Source: an uncultured Gammaproteobacteria bacterium
GTDB taxonomy: Bacteria > Pseudomonadota > Gammaproteobacteria > GCA-001735895
Length of the DNA: 64,000 nucleotides
Assembly: GCA_947259485.1 (NCBI GenBank)
Contig: CAMYLU010000001.1
Coordinates: 140,281-204,280 of the forward strand
Reading direction: 5' to 3'
Every line of letters starts with the position of its first letter. Position 1 is the stretch's first letter. The translations under genes were made by a program, and so were the position numbers. Shown here in pieces: positions 59,238 to 64,000 of this stretch. The notes under the pieces were generated by a model, which saw only the letters and a list, made by a program, of their open reading frames with translations, was not told where the DNA came from and searched no databases.

Positions 59238-60050
59238 TTACCGCTTACTCGGGAATGACACGTCAATTTGTGATTTGAGGTGTTTCCTGATTGCGTGCGC
59301 CGCGGCGGTGAAGCCGAAGCAGGCGGTAACGCCGACGAAGGAGCCGATCCCGGTGGCGCAGTCGAGCGTGGTGCGCTCGGGTACTTCGGGCTTCTCGTAA
59401 CTGACCTCGCCGTTGGCAGCGGGGTAGAGGGGCTGTTCAGTAGAAAACACGCAATCCATTGCATAACGTCGCTTCGGGTTGCGGCTGTATTCGAGCTGCT
59501 GGCGCAAGGTCGAGCGTACTTTCGCGAGCAGGGGGTCGTTGAAGCTCAGGGTTAAATCCATGACCACGATCTGGGTTGGATCGATCAGGCCGCCGGCACC
59601 ACCGGTGGAGACGCAGCGGATCTTGTTGCGGCGACAATGATGCATCAGGCTCAGCTTGTGGCTGACATGGTCGATGGCGTCGATGACATAATCGAACTGT
59701 GCGAAGTTGAATTTTCCTATATTGCTCCGGGTCACCAGGTCATCGATCGCGATACAGTGGCATTCCGGGTTAATCGCCAGAATGCGTTCACGCAATACCT
59801 CGACCTTGGAGCGGCCGATGCTGTCGGTCAGGGTATGCAGTTGTCGATTGCTGTTGCTGATATCGATGTCATCGTGATCGACCAGCGTGATGTTTCCAAC
59901 ACCCGAGCGTGCACAGGCCTCGGCGGCCCAGGAACCGACCCCGCCGATACCGACGATACAAAAATGTGCCTGTTGCAGCGGTTCAAGCGCGGCTTCGCCA
60001 AAAACACGTGCCAGACCGGCAAAACGCTGCAGGTAATCTTCGCTTAACAT
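59238..60050 (-). CDS. tcdA: tRNA threonylcarbamoyladenosine dehydratase (E1-like ThiF/MoeB fold)
   Basis: 270 aa. FCIVGIGGVGSWAAEACARSGVGNITLVDHDDIDISNSNRQ. Confidence 0.85.
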   Translation of the reverse strand: MLSEDYLQRFAGLARVFGEAALEPLQQAHFCIVGIGGVGSWAAEACARSGVGNITLVDHDDIDISNSNRQLHTLTDSIGRSKVEVLRERILAINPECHCIAIDDLVTRSNIGKFNFAQFDYVIDAIDHVSHKLSLMHHCRRNKIRCVSTGGAGGLIDPTQIVVMDLTLSFNDPLLAKVRSTLRQQLEYSRNPKRRYAMDCVFSTEQPLYPAANGEVSYEKPEVPERTTLDCATGIGSFVGVTACFGFTAAAHAIRKHLKSQIDVSFPSKR

Positions 60051-60153
60051 TTAGTGATTTTAAACTTTAGTGCGGACAGTGTATTGGTCTATAGTTCGTC
60101 TGTCATTACAATAGGACGCCGCAACCTGGAGCGGACTAAGCCCGGATCTTTCA

Positions 60154-60780
60154 TTGAACACTGCCTGCCTGTTTACCATTTCGGCACCCTCGGGTGCCGG
60201 CAAGACCAGCCTGGTGAAAGCACTGCTGGAAAAGCGCGCCGAGTCCGTCACGGTGTGCGTGTCGCATTCGACGCGGGCGATACGCCCGGGTGAAGTGGAT
60301 GGCAAGGCCTATCACTTCGTATCGCAGGAAGTATTTGACCAAATGGTCGCCAACGATGAGTTTCTCGAGTATGCGCAGGTGTTTGACAATTGCTACGGTA
60401 CCGCGCGGGCCTCGGTCGATGCGTTACTGGCCAGCGGCAAGCACGTTATCCTTGAAATCGACTGGCAGGGAGCGCGCCAGGTCAAGGCGAAAATGCCGGA
60501 AACCGTCAGCATATTTATCCTGCCGCCATCGCGCGAGGAACTCGAACGACGCCTGCGCGACCGCGGCACCGATGACCAGACCACGATTGCGCGACGCATG
60601 CGCGACGCCGATCGCGAAATGTCGCACTACCACGATGCCGAGTACCTGGTAATTAACGATGCTTTCGAACAGGCATTATTCGATCTCGATGCGATTATTC
60701 ATACCCGGGGCCTGACACTGGCGCGCCAAAAGCTCAAAAACAAGGCCCTTGTGGATTCGATCCCTGCTGAAATGGAATAG
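60154..60780 (+). CDS. gmk: Guanylate kinase
   Basis: 208 aa. P-loop ISAPSGAGKTSL. TTG start as given by the track, so the exact start is uncertain. gmk-rpoZ-spoT order. Confidence 0.92.
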   Translation: MNTACLFTISAPSGAGKTSLVKALLEKRAESVTVCVSHSTRAIRPGEVDGKAYHFVSQEVFDQMVANDEFLEYAQVFDNCYGTARASVDALLASGKHVILEIDWQGARQVKAKMPETVSIFILPPSREELERRLRDRGTDDQTTIARRMRDADREMSHYHDAEYLVINDAFEQALFDLDAIIHTRGLTLARQKLKNKALVDSIPAEME

Positions 60781-60860
60781 TGGTTTTTCGCGATTAACGC
60801 TTTAGATTTATTGCTTTTTTAGCTATTATTGCCGACCTTTTTGATCCGAGAGCTAATCGC

Positions 60861-61151
60861 ATGGCGCGAATCACCGTTGAAGACTGCCTCGAGCACGTAG
60901 AAAATCGTTTTGACCTGGTATTGCTGGCGTCGCGGCGCGCGCGTCAGATTTCACAGGGGGCCGATCCGCTGGTACCCGCTGAAAACGACAAGCCTACGGT
61001 TATCGCATTGCGTGAGATCGCAGAAAACCTGATTAACGCGAGCTCGATGGACGAAATGGAAGCCAAGGCTGAAATCGAAAAGATCTCTACCGATGACGAC
61101 CTAATTCGACAAATCGCGCAGGCCAGCCTGATCAACGAAGAAACCGAGTAA
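60861..61151 (+). CDS. rpoZ: DNA-directed RNA polymerase omega subunit
   Basis: 96 aa. [30 protein letters not shown]. Confidence 0.96.
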   Translation: MARITVEDCLEHVENRFDLVLLASRRARQISQGADPLVPAENDKPTVIALREIAENLINASSMDEMEAKAEIEKISTDDDLIRQIAQASLINEETE

Positions 61152-61282
61152 GCGTTTCTTTTTATTCACTTTAATTTTCATTAGCAGGCCGGGCTAGCGG
61201 CGTGCACGGCGCGGGCTTACGCCTTGCAAATGTGTTATAAAACCCCATTATCATTAGTTACTTAGGTATAGATAGAACACTG

Positions 61283-63448
61283 ATGGGGGCGAACTACGCC
61301 AATCTGTTTGAAGTTGTCGCCGGGGATATTACCGCCAGCGATTCCGAAACCCGAATTTCCGAGCTTTGTACCGAACTCGAAACCTACCTCGAGCCCGGCC
61401 AGGTCGAAGAAATCTATAGCGCTTACCTGGTTGGTGCGGCTGCACACGAGGGGCAGAGACGGGTATCGGGTGAGCCCTACATCAGTCACCCGGTTGCGGT
61501 CGCGCGCATTCTCGCCGAAATGCGCATGGACAGTAAAAGTATCATCGCGGCGATACTGCATGACGTCATCGAGGACACGCCCACACTGAAAGAAAACCTG
61601 GCCGACCAGTTTGGCGATGAAGTGGCTGAACTGGTCGATGGAGTCAGCAAGCTGGCGCAGATGGACTTCCGCAACAAGGCGGAGGCACAGGCGGAAAATT
61701 TTCGCAAGATGATGTTGGCGATGGTCAAGGACATTCGCGTCATTATTATCAAGCTCGCCGACCGACTGCACAATATGCGTACGCTGGATGCGATGCGCCC
61801 CGACAAGCGTCGTCGGATTGCCTTCGAAACCATGGACATCTACGCACCGATTGCAAACCGGCTCGGTATTTTCAAGATGCGCCATGAATTGCTCGACCTG
61901 TCGATCAAGGCGGCCTACCCGATGCGTTACCGTGCGCTGGAAAGTGCCTGCAAGGAAGTGGTTGGCTATCGCAAGGAAATATTCAACACCATCGAGGCCG
62001 CTATTCGCCAACGGCTCAAGGAATCGAATATCAATGCCACCGTCAAGTATCGTCAGAAGAATATCCACAGCATCTATCGCAAGATGAAGGAGAAGAAGCT
62101 TAGCTTCAAAGAGCTCACCGACGTCTTCGGGGTTCGTATCATGACCGAATCGGTGGATGACTGTTACCGCGTGCTCGGCGTCATGCACAACCTCTACAAG
62201 CCGCTACCGGGAAAGTTCAAGGATTACCTCGCGATTCCGAAAACCAACGGCTACCAGTCGTTGCACAGCAGCCTGTTTGGACCCCACGGGGTTGCCGTCG
62301 AGGTGCAGATTCGGACCGTCGAGATGGACCACTTTGCCGAGTCCGGGATTGCCGCACACTGGATTTACAAGGAGGGTGAGAGCGACGCCACCAATACCCA
62401 GGGCCGCGCGCTCGAATGGTTGAAAAGCCTGCTCGAGATGCAGCAGAAATCGGGCAGCTCGCAGGAGTTCCTGGAAAGCGTCAAGGTCGATCTGTTCCCC
62501 GATGAAGTTTACGTATTCACCCCCAAGGGCGCGATCAAGAAGTTACCGCGGGGCGCGACCGTTGTTGATTTTGCTTACGCGGTGCATACCGATGTGGGTA
62601 ATACCTGCGTTGCAGCGCGAATTGACCATCAAATGTCACCGTTAAGCAGTAAATTATACAATGGCCAGACTGTCGAGATTATTACCTCGCAGGCCAGTCG
62701 TCCACACCCGAGCTGGCTTGATTTCGTCTCTACGGCCAAGGCACGCACCAATATTCGGCATTTTCTGAAGTCGTTGCAGAAGATCGAGGCGATTTCGCTC
62801 GGGCAGCGCTTGTTGCAGCAGTCAGTCAGCCTGATCAAGGGGCGCGAAGTAGCGATTCCAAAGGCCAGGTTTAAAAAGGTGCTTGAGCAATATCACATGT
62901 CTGACCAGAAGGAACTATTGGCCGAAATCGGATTGGGTAATCGAAATTCAAGCCTGGTCGCGAAGGCGATGTATGACATCGAGGAAGATACCACCGCCTT
63001 CGATGACCGGGGCCGGCCGCTTGCGATCAAGGGTACCGAGGGCATGGTTATTTCCTTTGCCAAGTGTTGTCGACCCGTGCCGGGGGATGCGATCGCCGGC
63101 TTCATGTCATCGGGCAAAGGCATCGTAATCCATCAGCGCAGTTGCCCCAACATGACCGAACTCAACAAGGGTGACAGGCAACTGTCAGTGCAGTGGTCTG
63201 AACATGTTGAAGGCGAGTATCTTGCCAATATGCGGGTGCAGGTTGCGAATCAGCGTGGTGTACTGGCAACGTTGGCGACGACGATCTCCAACATGTCATC
63301 CAACATCGAGCATGTCAACGTAACCGAAAAAGATGGCCGCATTTCGACTATCGAGTTCGTGATTACCGTTAAAGACCGTATCCACCTGGCGCGTATCATG
63401 AAAAAACTGCGCAGCTTAGTGGTTGTTAATCGCATTTGGCGTAGATAG
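61283..63448 (+). CDS. spoT: Bifunctional (p)ppGpp synthetase/hydrolase
   Basis: 721 aa. HD hydrolase motifs (EPYISHPVAVARIL, ILHDVIEDT), synthetase domain, TGS and ACT regions. Called spoT because it follows rpoZ; relA versus spoT cannot be settled from sequence alone. Confidence 0.9.
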   Translation: MGANYANLFEVVAGDITASDSETRISELCTELETYLEPGQVEEIYSAYLVGAAAHEGQRRVSGEPYISHPVAVARILAEMRMDSKSIIAAILHDVIEDTPTLKENLADQFGDEVAELVDGVSKLAQMDFRNKAEAQAENFRKMMLAMVKDIRVIIIKLADRLHNMRTLDAMRPDKRRRIAFETMDIYAPIANRLGIFKMRHELLDLSIKAAYPMRYRALESACKEVVGYRKEIFNTIEAAIRQRLKESNINATVKYRQKNIHSIYRKMKEKKLSFKELTDVFGVRIMTESVDDCYRVLGVMHNLYKPLPGKFKDYLAIPKTNGYQSLHSSLFGPHGVAVEVQIRTVEMDHFAESGIAAHWIYKEGESDATNTQGRALEWLKSLLEMQQKSGSSQEFLESVKVDLFPDEVYVFTPKGAIKKLPRGATVVDFAYAVHTDVGNTCVAARIDHQMSPLSSKLYNGQTVEIITSQASRPHPSWLDFVSTAKARTNIRHFLKSLQKIEAISLGQRLLQQSVSLIKGREVAIPKARFKKVLEQYHMSDQKELLAEIGLGNRNSSLVAKAMYDIEEDTTAFDDRGRPLAIKGTEGMVISFAKCCRPVPGDAIAGFMSSGKGIVIHQRSCPNMTELNKGDRQLSVQWSEHVEGEYLANMRVQVANQRGVLATLATTISNMSSNIEHVNVTEKDGRISTIEFVITVKDRIHLARIMKKLRSLVVVNRIWRR

Positions 63449-63505
63449 TGATTGTCAGCGCGGTTAATAACCGCATAATCCAAACAACTGAGCTGGAGGC
63501 ATAGC

Positions 63506-63889
63506 ATGGCCAAAACCATCATTCAGACCGACGACGCACCCCAGGCAATTGGCACCTACTCACAGGCGGTCAAGGTTGATAGTACGGTGTATATTTCGGG
63601 TCAGATACCACTTGATCCTGCGAGTATGGAAGTTGTTAGTGGCGGTATCGAAGCCGAAATCACCCGTGTCTTCGACAACCTGCAGGCGGTTGCCAATGCC
63701 TCGGGTGGCAGTCTTGCCGACGTGGTCAAGTTGAACATATTCCTGACAGACCTGGGCAACTTTCCAACCGTCAACGAAATCATGGCGCAATATTTCCAGC
63801 AGCCTTACCCCGCCCGTGCCGCGATAGGTGTTGCCGCATTACCCAAGGCGGTCGGCGTCGAGATGGACGCGGTGCTGGTTATCGACTAG
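63506..63889 (+). CDS. ridA: RidA/YjgF family reactive-intermediate deaminase
   Basis: 127 aa. [31 protein letters not shown]...[22 protein letters not shown]. Confidence 0.9.
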   Translation: MAKTIIQTDDAPQAIGTYSQAVKVDSTVYISGQIPLDPASMEVVSGGIEAEITRVFDNLQAVANASGGSLADVVKLNIFLTDLGNFPTVNEIMAQYFQQPYPARAAIGVAALPKAVGVEMDAVLVID

Positions 63890-63924
63890 TGGTCGATCTA
63901 CGTAGATCGACTACCAATAATTGA

Positions 63925-64000
63925 ATGGAGCATTGGTCAGCTCAAGGATTACGCTATCTTAAAGGTGTCGGTCCCAAGGTAGCGGAAAAGCTGCACAAAC
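63925..64000 (+). CDS. recG: ATP-dependent DNA helicase RecG, first 25 codons only (runs off the right edge)
   Basis: My translation from the ATG at 63925 is MEHWSAQGLRYLKGVGPKVAEKLHK. The LKGVGPK-AEKL helix-hairpin-helix is a typical RecG N-terminus, and the position after spoT matches the enteric spoT operon. Confidence 0.55.
   Translation, partial: MEHWSAQGLRYLKGVGPKVAEKLHK

Noticed and set aside
59152-59400. 82-aa plus-strand ORF starting inside the palindromic element
   Set aside because: Most of it is antisense to the tcdA 3' end, and I see no ribosome-binding site or motif.
61262-62188. 308-aa minus-strand ORF
   Set aside because: Antisense shadow of the spoT hydrolase/synthetase region. 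The spoT frame carries the conserved HD and synthetase motifs.

Overview
Origin-proximal chromosomal segment of a gammaproteobacterium, roughly 50% GC by eye, with gene order resembling Pseudomonas/Cellvibrio-type genomes. It is gene-dense and mostly housekeeping. I found no rRNA, tRNA, CRISPR array, transposase, integrase or prophage signature. Left to right: prlC (partial), a LemA/GIDE membrane pair, gyrB-recF-dnaN-dnaA (minus) diverging from rpmH-rnpA-yidD-yidC-mnmE (plus). Then thrB, polA, a structured sRNA candidate at the Spot 42/ErsA syntenic position, engB, cytochrome c4, dsbA, an orphan REC-PP2C-HATPase regulator, and recCBD. Next come a 306-aa unknown, mmsA, an MFS-acyltransferase fusion and a CHASE2 Ser/Thr kinase. 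A ~10 kb ECF-sigma/ChrR photo-oxidative stress island follows: sigma-chrR-DUF523/DUF1722-phrB diverging from an 8-gene lipid-modification operon. The window ends with ygiQ, a TauE-like permease, a YrbL-like protein, a five-step hut cluster with a palindromic HutC operator, tcdA, gmk-rpoZ-spoT-ridA and the start of recG. Most interesting observation: the motif TGATCC-N16-CGTA, the promoter type I recall for ChrR-controlled ECF sigma factors, occurs three times in my by-eye scan, always in intergenic DNA. Two copies sit back to back between the sigma gene and the lipid operon. The third lies upstream of the sRNA candidate between polA and engB, which suggests a singlet-oxygen/ECF-controlled riboregulator that I have not seen described. 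All product calls rest on motif recognition and synteny from memory, with no searches run. Gene starts were adjusted by hand where the ORF track clearly over-extends.
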